From the NCBI GenBank assembly GCA_021803005.1, contig JAJZQT010000005.1, forward strand, positions 10,359-47,531: 37,173 bases of DNA, in the 5' to 3' direction. A program made the position numbers and the translations under genes. This stretch comes from Actinomycetes bacterium (GTDB lineage Bacteria; Actinomycetota; Thermoleophilia; BMS3ABIN01). Below are positions 1-7,592 of this stretch, piece by piece; the first letter of the stretch is position 1, and every line of letters starts with the position of its first letter. The notes under the pieces are model-generated. The model saw only the letters and a list, made by a program, of their open reading frames with translations. It was not told the DNA's origin and did no database searches.

Positions 1-201
1 AAGGTCGGCAAGGCCAAGGAGAAGAAGGGCGCGGTTCAGTTCCTGCGCGAGGTCAGGGTGGAGATGGGCAAGGTCACCTGGCCTTCTCGCGAAGAGCTGA
101 TCCAGTCGACGATCGTGGTCCTGATCGCGGTCGCCATTTCCGGAGTTTTCATCGCCATCCTGGACGCAATCTTCTCCAGGCTTGTGGGCCTGGTCAGCTA
201 A
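1..201 (+). CDS. secE: Preprotein translocase subunit SecE (5' truncated by window edge)
   Basis: Frame 1 reads ...FLREVRVEMGKVTWPSREELIQSTIVVLIAVAISGVFIAILD...LVS-TAA(199-201): SecE ExxKVxWP motif plus one TM helix, directly upstream of nusG. Not in the ORF track. Confidence 0.95.
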   Translation, partial: KVGKAKEKKGAVQFLREVRVEMGKVTWPSREELIQSTIVVLIAVAISGVFIAILDAIFSRLVGLVS

Positions 202-222
202 CGGTTAAGGGAGCCGGGATCA

Positions 223-747
223 ATGCCATTTAACTGGTACGTCATCAATACTTATTCGGGTCATGAGAACAAGGTCCGCCTCAACCTGCTGCAACGGATC
301 AAATCCATGAGCCAGGAGCAGAACGTCAAGGAGATAGTGGTCCCCACCGAGCAGGTGGTCGAGACCAAGAACGGCCAGAAAGTACAGACCGAGAAACGGG
401 TCTTCCCGGGTTATGTGCTGGTGAACATGCTCATGACCGATGACTCCTGGTCGCTGGTGAAGAACACTCCTGGCGTCACCGGCTTCGTCGGCTCGGCCAA
501 CAAGCCGATCCCGCTGAGCGCCCAGGAAGTGGACCGTATTCTTCATACCTCCACCGTCGAGAAGCCCAAGGCGGTGGCGATGTTCAGCGTCGGCGAGACC
601 GTCAGGGTCATGTCCGGCCCGCTCTCGGACTTCAACGGCGAGATTGCCGAGATCAGCGAGGACCAGAGCAAGCTCAAGGTTCTGGTCAACATCTTTGGCC
701 GCGAGACGCCGGTTGAGCTCAGCTTCGACCAGGTAAAGAAAGTCTAG
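223..747 (+). CDS. nusG: Transcription termination/antitermination factor NusG
   Basis: WYVINTYSGHENKV, FPGYVLV, TPGVTGFVG and C-terminal KOW with IFGRETPVEL; secE-nusG-rplK synteny. Confidence 0.98.
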   Translation: MPFNWYVINTYSGHENKVRLNLLQRIKSMSQEQNVKEIVVPTEQVVETKNGQKVQTEKRVFPGYVLVNMLMTDDSWSLVKNTPGVTGFVGSANKPIPLSAQEVDRILHTSTVEKPKAVAMFSVGETVRVMSGPLSDFNGEIAEISEDQSKLKVLVNIFGRETPVELSFDQVKKV

Positions 748-763
748 CGAAGGATATCCGGCC

Positions 764-796
764 CGGCCCGCGAGGCTTGCGGTGCGGGCCGTTTTT
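764..796 (+). terminator. Intrinsic terminator-like hairpin between nusG and rplK
   Basis: cggcccgc (764-771) pairs with gcgggccg (784-791), followed by ttttt (792-796); enclosed by an outer pairing gaaggata (749-756)/tatccttc (801-808). Confidence 0.55.
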
Positions 797-838
797 GCTG
801 TATCCTTCTTGATTGCGCCGTAAACGGACAGGAAGATA

Positions 839-1261
839 ATGGCTAAAAAAGTAATGACACTCATAAAGTTGCAGATCCCCGCCGGGCAGGCGAACCCCGC
901 CCCGCCGGTCGGCCCCGCTTTGGGCCAGCACGGCGTCAACATCATGGACTTCTGCAAGGCTTTCAACGCCAAGACCCAGCAGGAAGGCAACACGATCATT
1001 CCGGTGGAGATCACCGTCTTCGAGGACCGCTCCTTCACTTTTATCACCAAGACCCCGCCGGCAGCGGTACTTTTGAAGCAGGCCGCCGGCATCGAGAAGG
1101 GCTCAGGCGAGCCCCATCGCGAGAAGGTGGCGACAGTGCCGAGCTCCAAGGTGCGCGAGATCGCCGAGCTGAAGATGAAAGATCTTAATGCCAACGACGT
1201 CGAGGCGGCCATGAAGATCATCGCCGGCACCGCCCGCAGCATGGGAATCGTGGTGGAATAA
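839..1261 (+). CDS. rplK: 50S ribosomal protein L11
   Basis: [42 protein letters not shown]; TAATG overlap with rplA. Confidence 0.99.
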   Translation: MAKKVMTLIKLQIPAGQANPAPPVGPALGQHGVNIMDFCKAFNAKTQQEGNTIIPVEITVFEDRSFTFITKTPPAAVLLKQAAGIEKGSGEPHREKVATVPSSKVREIAELKMKDLNANDVEAAMKIIAGTARSMGIVVE

Positions 1262-1968
1262 TGACAACCAAGACCAGCAAGAGGATGAATGAGGCGCGCT
1301 CGCAGGTGGAGCGCGAGAAGCTTTATACGCCGCTCGAGGCGGTCAAGCTCATGAAGAGCCTGCCGGCGGCCAAGTTCGATGAAACCGTCGAGGTCCATTT
1401 TCGCCTGGGCGTCGATCCGCGCAAGGCCGATCAGATGATCCGGGGCACGACCATGCTCCCGCACGGCACCGGCAAGGAGATGCGCGTGGCTGTTTTCGCC
1501 GAGGGCGACAAGGAAAAGGAAGCCCGTGACGCCGGCGCCGATGTAGTCGGCGGCGAGGATCTGGCCAAGAAGATTGAAGGCGGCTGGTTCGAGTTCGACG
1601 TCTGTATCGCCACGCCGGACATGATGAAAGTCGTCGGCCGTCTGGGCCGGGCGCTGGGCCCGCGGGGCCTGATGCCGAACCCCAAGGCTGGAACCGTGAC
1701 CTTCGACATCGGCAAGGCTGTCGAGGACGCCAAGGCCGGGAAGGTGGAATACCGCACCGACCGCACCGCCATCGTGCATCTGGCGATCGGCAAGGTCTCA
1801 TTTTCCGAGGCCGATCTGCTCGACAACTATGGCACCGTCATCGACGAGCTGATCAAAGCCAAGCCCGCGTCCGCCAAGGGCCGCTATATCAAGAGCATCA
1901 CACTGGCAACAACCATGGGTCCGGGACTGCACGTCGATTCGTCGATCGTCCGCGACTTCATGGACTAG
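1261..1968 (+). CDS. rplA: 50S ribosomal protein L1
   Basis: [46 protein letters not shown]. Confidence 0.99.
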   Translation: MTTKTSKRMNEARSQVEREKLYTPLEAVKLMKSLPAAKFDETVEVHFRLGVDPRKADQMIRGTTMLPHGTGKEMRVAVFAEGDKEKEARDAGADVVGGEDLAKKIEGGWFEFDVCIATPDMMKVVGRLGRALGPRGLMPNPKAGTVTFDIGKAVEDAKAGKVEYRTDRTAIVHLAIGKVSFSEADLLDNYGTVIDELIKAKPASAKGRYIKSITLATTMGPGLHVDSSIVRDFMD

Positions 1969-2062
1969 GGACGTTCGTTTCCTATGTTTCCTAACTTTGG
2001 GAAACACGGGAAACTGCGGACCTGGCCGGTAAGTTAGGAAACATAGGAAACGAACGTCCCTA
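1966..2062. repeat. 97-bp element with perfect 32-bp terminal inverted repeats (MITE/REP-like)
   Basis: tagggacgttcgtttcctatgtttcctaactt (1966-1997) is the exact reverse complement of 2031-2062, with a 33-nt spacer; begins at the rplA stop codon and has TA at both outer ends. Confidence 0.85.
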
Positions 2063-2065
2063 TAG

Positions 2066-2136
2066 CACCAGAGAAAGCCGGTGCCCATTCCCGCCGGGGA
2101 TGAGCCCAAGGGGCCGAAGGCCCGCCCGCCGAGGTG
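2066..2136 (+). promoter_or_regulatory. Ribosomal protein L10 leader (L10(L12)n-binding autoregulatory RNA)
   Basis: Lies upstream of rplJ; cacc (2066-2069)/ggtg (2133-2136) closing stem, with AGAaaGCCGGT...GAAGG...CCCGCCGAGG resembling the L10-leader consensus as I recall it; no covariance search run. Confidence 0.75.
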
Positions 2137-2178
2137 AGATGAAGGAACGATGCGCTGCAAGGCGGCATCGGCTCCGGC

Positions 2179-2210
2179 AGTCTGCCTCGCGGGGCAGACT
2201 TTTTTATTTT
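2179..2210 (+). terminator. Attenuator-type intrinsic terminator in the rplJ leader
   Basis: agtctgcc (2179-2186)/ggcagact (2193-2200) stem followed by tttttatttt, just before the rplJ SD (ggaggt); same arrangement as the Bacillus rplJL attenuator. Confidence 0.75.
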
Positions 2211-2225
2211 GCCGGGAGGTGAGAG

Positions 2226-2747
2226 ATGAAAAAGGAAGATAAGGCGGCCAAGGTGGCTGAACTGGCCGACAGGGCCAAAGCCAGCACCGCCATGCTCGTC
2301 GCCGACTACCGCGGCATTTCCGTCGCTGAAGCCCGTACACTGAGGACCGAGATGCGTGAGGTTGGTGCCCACTTCGAGGTTACCAAGAACACGCTGATGA
2401 TGCGCGCCGTCGACGAGGCCGGCGCCGCCGAACTCAAGGAGTATCTGGTGGGGCCCAGCGCCATCGCTTTTTGCGACGGGGATGCGGTCGAGCCCGCCAA
2501 GGTGCTCGTCAAGTACGCCAAGGAGCTTAAGCCGCTGGAGATCAAGGGCGGCCTGCTAGAGGGCAAGCTCATCGACGTCGCCAAGATCAAGTTTCTGGCA
2601 TCGCTGCCGCCGCGCGAAGTTCTGCTGTCACAGCTGCTGGGCGCCATGCAGGGTCCGATTCGCGGACTGGCGACAGTCTGTGCCGGTCCCATCCGCGGGC
2701 TGGTGACGGTGCTGCAGAGGGTTCAGGAGCAGAAGGAAGCTGCTTAG
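2226..2747 (+). CDS. rplJ: 50S ribosomal protein L10
   Basis: DYRGISV, VTKNTL, GPSAIAF, LASLPPREVLLSQLLG; precedes rplL. Confidence 0.98.
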   Translation: MKKEDKAAKVAELADRAKASTAMLVADYRGISVAEARTLRTEMREVGAHFEVTKNTLMMRAVDEAGAAELKEYLVGPSAIAFCDGDAVEPAKVLVKYAKELKPLEIKGGLLEGKLIDVAKIKFLASLPPREVLLSQLLGAMQGPIRGLATVCAGPIRGLVTVLQRVQEQKEAA

Positions 2748-2778
2748 CCGCTGAAGAAGCTGCTTAGCCGCTAAAGAA
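2736..2778 (+). repeat. 20-bp tandem duplication spanning the rplJ stop codon
   Basis: gaagctgcttagccgctgaa (2736-2755) then gaagctgcttagccgctaaa (2756-2775); one mismatch. Confidence 0.85.
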
Positions 2779-2821
2779 ACGGCCCGCGCGTCTCATTCAA
2801 ATAGTAAATTCAGGAGGAAAC

Positions 2822-3199
2822 ATGGCAGTTGATTCACTCATAGAAGAAATCAAGAAGCTCAGCGTCACCGAGCTGGCCGAGCTGGTCCACGCTCTGGAGG
2901 ATGAGTTCGGTGTCAGCGCCGCCGCTCCCGTAGCCATGGCCGCAGCGCCTGCCGCCGGTGGTGGCGAAGCCGCCGCCGAAGAGGAGCAGACCGAGTTCGA
3001 CGTCGTGCTCGCCGCGGTCGGCGACAAGAAGATCCAGGTCATCAAGGTCGTGCGCGCCGTCACCGGCCTGGGTCTCAAGGAAGCCAAGGAGGTCGTTGAC
3101 AGCGCTCCCAAGCCTGTCAAGGAGAAGGTCTCCAAGGAAGAGGCCGAGGACATCAAGGGCAAGCTGGAAGAAGTCGGCGCCACCATCGAAGTAAAATAG
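2822..3199 (+). CDS. rplL: 50S ribosomal protein L7/L12
   Basis: [45 protein letters not shown]. Confidence 0.99.
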   Translation: MAVDSLIEEIKKLSVTELAELVHALEDEFGVSAAAPVAMAAAPAAGGGEAAAEEEQTEFDVVLAAVGDKKIQVIKVVRAVTGLGLKEAKEVVDSAPKPVKEKVSKEEAEDIKGKLEEVGATIEVK

Positions 3200-3221
3200 C
3201 AAACGCGTTCTCGAAGTATGT

Positions 3222-3258
3222 GGGGCGGCGCTGCCGAAGGCAGCGCCGCCCCTGCTTT
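3222..3258 (+). terminator. GC-rich hairpin downstream of rplL (probable terminator or REP-like stem)
   Basis: Perfect 14-bp stem ggggcggcgctgcc (3222-3235)/ggcagcgccgcccc (3239-3252), GAA loop, only a weak T tract (tgcttt). Confidence 0.55.
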
Positions 3259-3265
3259 GCACCCC

Positions 3266-3308
3266 GAAAGATTGCTGTCGATCGCCATCATGAAAGATTG
3301 CTGTCGAT
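3266..3308 (+). repeat. Perfect 17-bp direct repeat with 26-bp period upstream of the inserted cassette
   Basis: gaaagattgctgtcgat at 3266-3282 and 3292-3308. Confidence 0.85.
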
Positions 3309-3399
3309 TTACATCGAAAATTTCTGTTGCCCGCACGCGCAAATTTTCTCAGGAAATTGAATGCATGCCACTTCTTTGTTTTTCCGGAATAATGGGTAA

Positions 3400-3481
3400 T
3401 AAAGGGATTGAGCAGCAAAACGATGTATAATTTTTATTGTATGTTAAATCCTGAATGTTTCAATATTAGACGTTTGGTCTT
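3400..3481 (+). promoter_or_regulatory. AT-rich putative promoter region of the five-gene cassette
   Basis: Markedly AT-rich tract with a consensus TATAAT at 3426-3431; no well-spaced -35 box found. Confidence 0.45.
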
Positions 3482-4720
3482 ATGGCCATAAACGCCGTCG
3501 ACAATCGCGATGAGGACGAAGATTTCCCGGTCCCCGAGGGGAGAACTCCGCTTGCCAAGGTAAGGAACTATCTGGCTGACCGCCGCTCGGCCCTGGCCGA
3601 TCAGCGCACGGCCATGTCGCGTGGCCGCACCGGTCTGGCTTTCTTCCGTACGGGCATCGCGCTGGTGGCGATTGCCGTCACCCTGCTGAGGACATTCGGC
3701 TTCGGAATTTTCCTTCCCTTTGATGTGGTGCTCATTGCTGGTGGAGCCGCCGCCATCTATGACGGCCTGCGCTGGTACCTGCCCGTGCGCCGGGACGCCG
3801 CCAGGGATCTCGCCTATATCCCGCCGGCCAGGCCGCCAGGCATCTCGGTGCTGCAGACCGAAGACAAAGGCGAGACCGGCGTACCTGAATTTTTTCGCAG
3901 CACCGCTGTCGATGAAGCCGAGGCCATGCGCGGCGACTGGAGCAGCTTAAGCCCGGTCGAGCGGCGGCGATTCCTCGCCAACGACCGCACCGACCTGGCG
4001 GAGGAGCGCGCACACCTTTCCTCTCTGCGGACAACCATGGCCAAATCGCGTATGGGCCTCGCCTTCACGCGCTCAGGTGTGGCGTTCGCCGGCCTCGGCA
4101 TCGCCCTGGTCAGGAAATTTCCGGCCACAGGCTGGAACTATTTCAATTACTTTCTCATCGCCGTCGGCACATTGATGGCGCTCGAGGGTTTTTACTGGTA
4201 CCTGCCCGGCTACCGGGCCGGCCTCGAGGGCTTGGGCCGGTTCAAGCGCTCGCTGCAGGAACCGGGCATATGGGGCGAGCTGTTTCCGCCGCTCAGGACT
4301 TCCCGCAAGAGCTATCCTCCCCTGAAAGCATCGCAGGCGCCGGGCATCTGGGGGACCACCGGCCTGGCGCTGGAGCGCACGGTGCTGGCAGACCGCCGCA
4401 ACCTGATGTCGCGGCTGCGGACCGTCATGGCCCATTCGCGCACCGGCCTGGCCTTCGTGCGCACCGGCATGAGCATCTCGGCGGTGGGCGCGGGCCTGAT
4501 CGCCTTTCTCACCGTGAGCCCTGCCTGGGGAATATTTGACCTGGCGCTGATTCTGACGGGCGGTGTTCTTATAATCGACGGCCTGCGCTGGTACCGGTAT
4601 TCCGAACGAACGCGCCGGCAGTTCCCTTACTGTTACGGCGACCTCGAGATCAACATTCCGGATTACGGCATTCCCCGCAGCAGGTGGGGCAAGGTGATGT
4701 TCAGCCATGACGACCTCTAA
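3482..4720 (+). CDS. Membrane protein with three DUF202/YidH-like repeats, each an Arg-heptad helix plus a TM hairpin
   Basis: Three internal repeats ending R(T/M)GLAFxR(T/S)G-TM-loop-TM-(D/E)GxxWY; Arg at 21/28/35/42/49/56, 162/169/176/183/190/197 and 299/306/313/320/327; resembles the DUF202 motif LAxERTxLAxxRT. Family call is from motif recognition only. Confidence 0.75.
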   Translation: MAINAVDNRDEDEDFPVPEGRTPLAKVRNYLADRRSALADQRTAMSRGRTGLAFFRTGIALVAIAVTLLRTFGFGIFLPFDVVLIAGGAAAIYDGLRWYLPVRRDAARDLAYIPPARPPGISVLQTEDKGETGVPEFFRSTAVDEAEAMRGDWSSLSPVERRRFLANDRTDLAEERAHLSSLRTTMAKSRMGLAFTRSGVAFAGLGIALVRKFPATGWNYFNYFLIAVGTLMALEGFYWYLPGYRAGLEGLGRFKRSLQEPGIWGELFPPLRTSRKSYPPLKASQAPGIWGTTGLALERTVLADRRNLMSRLRTVMAHSRTGLAFVRTGMSISAVGAGLIAFLTVSPAWGIFDLALILTGGVLIIDGLRWYRYSERTRRQFPYCYGDLEINIPDYGIPRSRWGKVMFSHDDL

Positions 4721-5774
4721 CCCGGCGGGCAAACACGAGGCCATGGCGGACGCGAGCGCGATCGAGTACGACGAACGGCTGCCGGTGCCGCCGCAGCTGC
4801 TCGATGGCCTCGACCCCGAAGTGCTCTCACGCGAACTGATATTTCCCGTTTTCCTGGAAGCGGGGACCGTCGTGCTGGCGGCCGCCGATCCCGGCCGGGT
4901 CCCGTCCGCGGAGATCGGCAGGATCACGCATGGGGCTCCCTATCAGCTGCGCCGGGCGGCGCCCGAGGACATCCGCTGGTTCATCGAGGATTTTATGAGC
5001 GACCGGCCCGGCAGGATTATCGGCACCGAGCGCACCGGCCTGGCATTCTGGCGCAACACCATGGCTGCCTGGCGGACCCGGATGGCGTGTTACCGCAACG
5101 ATCTGGCCAAGGCGAGGGTGTCGCTGAGTATCCTGCGCTGGGGCCTCGGGTTCATCACCGTCGCCAGCGCCTCGGCCGTGCTGGAGCTGAATCTGTCTTT
5201 GACCACATTAATGTATTGGAGTCTGTTAATCACGGGCGGGGCAGTCACCGTGCTCGGCCTCTTCCATTACCTGCGCATCCGCCGCTCGATGATGAAGGCT
5301 CCCGGGCCGCAGACGCTGGTGGAGGTGACCACCGCCACGGTGAGCTTCCTTGAGAACTACGAGCTGCAATGCACGTTCAAACCCAGGGTCAAGGGGACGA
5401 TGCTATCGCGCCTGGCTGACTTCCTGCCCAACTATTGCAGCGTGCTGAGGCCCGAGCCCGCCAGCCGCGAGCGCACCCATCTGGCCCGCGAGCGTGACAT
5501 GCTGGCGGCGCACCGGACCCTGGCAGCCTGTTACCGGACCCTTTACGCCCGCGGCCGGACCGGCCTGGCGTTTATCCGGACGGGAATCGTCTTCCTGGGA
5601 ATCGGAGCCGGACTGGTGCAGTACTTCCAGGTCAATCCGTTGGCGCTCTGGGGCTTGCTGCTGTTCGCGGCGGGCGTGCTCATGATCACCGACGGTCTGC
5701 TCTGGTATGTGCCTGCCAGGAAGGAAGAGCCGGACCTGCGGCGCCTCATGACCACCCCTGCGCGCCAGGCATGA
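4707..5774 (+). CDS. Membrane protein with an N-terminal T2SSE_N/MshEN-like subdomain and two DUF202/YidH-like Arg-heptad repeats
   Basis: Residues about 20-97 (L..L....IFPV...GTVVLAAADP...EI......RAAPEDI..FI) resemble the PilB/GspE N-terminal subdomain; Arg at 109/116/123/130/137/144 and 256/263/270/277/284/291, each followed by two TM helices; overlaps the previous gene by 14 nt. Confidence 0.7.
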   Translation: MTTSNPAGKHEAMADASAIEYDERLPVPPQLLDGLDPEVLSRELIFPVFLEAGTVVLAAADPGRVPSAEIGRITHGAPYQLRRAAPEDIRWFIEDFMSDRPGRIIGTERTGLAFWRNTMAAWRTRMACYRNDLAKARVSLSILRWGLGFITVASASAVLELNLSLTTLMYWSLLITGGAVTVLGLFHYLRIRRSMMKAPGPQTLVEVTTATVSFLENYELQCTFKPRVKGTMLSRLADFLPNYCSVLRPEPASRERTHLARERDMLAAHRTLAACYRTLYARGRTGLAFIRTGIVFLGIGAGLVQYFQVNPLALWGLLLFAAGVLMITDGLLWYVPARKEEPDLRRLMTTPARQA

Positions 5775-5788
5775 GTGCCAGGCATGAG
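5764..5788 (+). repeat. 12-bp direct repeat (13-bp period) spanning the stop codon of the second membrane gene
   Basis: gccaggcatgag at 5764-5775 and 5777-5788. Confidence 0.7.
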
Positions 5789-5817
5789 GGCAATGCTGAC
5801 ATGAAACCACACCCGGC

Positions 5818-7227
5818 ATGAGAATCGAACGCAAGATAATCCTCTCCAACACCATTTACCTGGTGCTCATCCTGATCATCGGGGGCTTCGCGGTCCAGTC
5901 GCTGAACAGCGTCAGTGGCAAGCAGCGCTTCCTGGAGATTGCCGACGACCTCAACACCTCCTTCCTGACCATGAGGCTGGCCGAGAAAAACTATTTTCTT
6001 TTCAACGATAACCAGGCACTTACGGATATGCAGAGCAACATAGCCCAGACCCGCGACATCATGGACTCGGTCCGGGGCGACATCATCCCCGTCATCGGCG
6101 AGCAGAGCTACAACGATCTTAGGAACGGGCTCAATGATTACGCCGCCGCCATCGACGAGGCTGCCGCCAGCCACGCCCGCGACCAGCAGACGGCGGCCGA
6201 CATCCGTGGGAAAGGGCGAACCCTCGAGAACACCTCCAACCACATCATCCAGCTCGAGCGCTCCCGCATCAGCGACATCATTACCCGCTCAAAATGGCTG
6301 CTGTTCTCCTCGTTCTTTGCCGTGCTGGTGGCGGCTCTGATCGCCAGCCGCTCGGTTACGAAGAAGATCCTCGGCCCGATCAAGCAGATTGAGCGCCTGG
6401 CGCGGTCCATCTCCGCCGGTAACTTCAAGAAGATCGAGACGGCCAGGCCCAAGGACGAGTTCGGGCCGGTCATCGACGCCATCAACTCGATGTCGGAGGA
6501 GCTCGAGGAACGTGAGGAAGAGCTGATCCAGTCCAAGAAGCTCGCTTCTATCGGCGTGCTCGTGGCCGGCGTCGCCCACGAACTCAACAACCCCGTCAAC
6601 AACATCTCCATGATCGCGCAGACTTACGACGAAATGTATGTAAAGCTGAGCGAGGAGCAACGCATCGAATTCATGCGCAAGATCGACCAGGAATCGGAGC
6701 GGATCAAGGGGATCGTCAACAACCTGCTTGATTTTGCACGCCCCAAGGAACCCAAGCCGCGGCGGATCGATGTCAACGCGCTGCTGACCAAGGCGCTGGT
6801 GCTGGTGCAGAACACGCTCAATGTTTCCAGCATCGAGACCAATCTCGACCTGGACGATGGTTTGCCGGATATCTTTATCGATGACAACCAGGTGCAGCAG
6901 GTGTTCGTCAACCTCTTTCTGAACGCCGCCCAGGCGATGGCGCCCGGGGGACGGCTGTTCGTAAGCACCAGGCTACAGCCTGACGGGAAAATGGTGGACA
7001 TCATTATCCGGGACACCGGGAAAGGCATTCAGCCAGAGTATCTTCCCCATATCTTCGATCCGTTTTTCAGCACCAAGGAGGCGGGCGGCACCGGCCTGGG
7101 GCTCTCGGTGAGTTACAGCATCATCAAAAATCACGGGGGGAACATCCGGGCGGAGAGCCGCCCCGGAATCGGCACCACTTTCACAATCCAGATGCCAGTC
7201 AACCACATCGAGAAAGGAAGCACATGA
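5818..7227 (+). CDS. Membrane sensor histidine kinase (TM, extracytoplasmic helical sensor, TM, HAMP, HisKA, HATPase; NtrB-like class)
   Basis: Two TM segments, HAMP (GPIKQIERLARSISAGNF...DEFGPVIDAINSM), H-box GVAHELNNP (His254), N-box QVFVNLFLNA, G1 DTGKGI, F-box IFDPFFSTK, G2 GTGLGL. Confidence 0.95.
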   Translation: MRIERKIILSNTIYLVLILIIGGFAVQSLNSVSGKQRFLEIADDLNTSFLTMRLAEKNYFLFNDNQALTDMQSNIAQTRDIMDSVRGDIIPVIGEQSYNDLRNGLNDYAAAIDEAAASHARDQQTAADIRGKGRTLENTSNHIIQLERSRISDIITRSKWLLFSSFFAVLVAALIASRSVTKKILGPIKQIERLARSISAGNFKKIETARPKDEFGPVIDAINSMSEELEEREEELIQSKKLASIGVLVAGVAHELNNPVNNISMIAQTYDEMYVKLSEEQRIEFMRKIDQESERIKGIVNNLLDFARPKEPKPRRIDVNALLTKALVLVQNTLNVSSIETNLDLDDGLPDIFIDDNQVQQVFVNLFLNAAQAMAPGGRLFVSTRLQPDGKMVDIIIRDTGKGIQPEYLPHIFDPFFSTKEAGGTGLGLSVSYSIIKNHGGNIRAESRPGIGTTFTIQMPVNHIEKGST

Positions 7228-7592
7228 GCGCAAGGATAATGGTCATCGATGACGAGAAAATCGTCGGCGACATGGCGAAGATATCGCTCGAGGAAGAGGG
7301 CTATGAGGTTGAGACTTTTCTCAATGCCGACCCGGCCCTCAAGCGCCTGCATGAGACCGTCTTCGACGTTGTGGTCACGGACCTGAAGATGAAAGGCATC
7401 GACGGGCTCGAGGTGCTGCGGACAGTGAAACAGACGCACCCGGACACGAAGGTGATCATGATCACCGCTTTTGCCGACCTCGACGTCGCCATCGAGGCGA
7501 TCAAGGGCGATGTCTTCGATTTCTTCCCCAAGCCGGTGAGGATCAAGGACCTCAAGGAATCCATCAGCAAAGCGCTCGCGGAAGAATCGTAA
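7224..7592 (+). CDS. Single-domain response regulator (receiver only)
   Basis: VIDDE, phospho-acceptor D53 (VTDLKM), T81, K103-P; 122 aa with no output domain; ATGA overlap with the kinase. Confidence 0.95.
   Translation: MSARIMVIDDEKIVGDMAKISLEEEGYEVETFLNADPALKRLHETVFDVVVTDLKMKGIDGLEVLRTVKQTHPDTKVIMITAFADLDVAIEAIKGDVFDFFPKPVRIKDLKESISKALAEES

Noticed and set aside
3266-3308. CRISPR array or mini-array
   Set aside because: Only two 17-bp repeats with a 9-bp spacer and no cas genes.
3218-3430. 70-aa ORF between rplL and the cassette
   Set aside because: Runs through a GC hairpin, direct repeats and the AT-rich promoter region, has no SD and no protein-like features.
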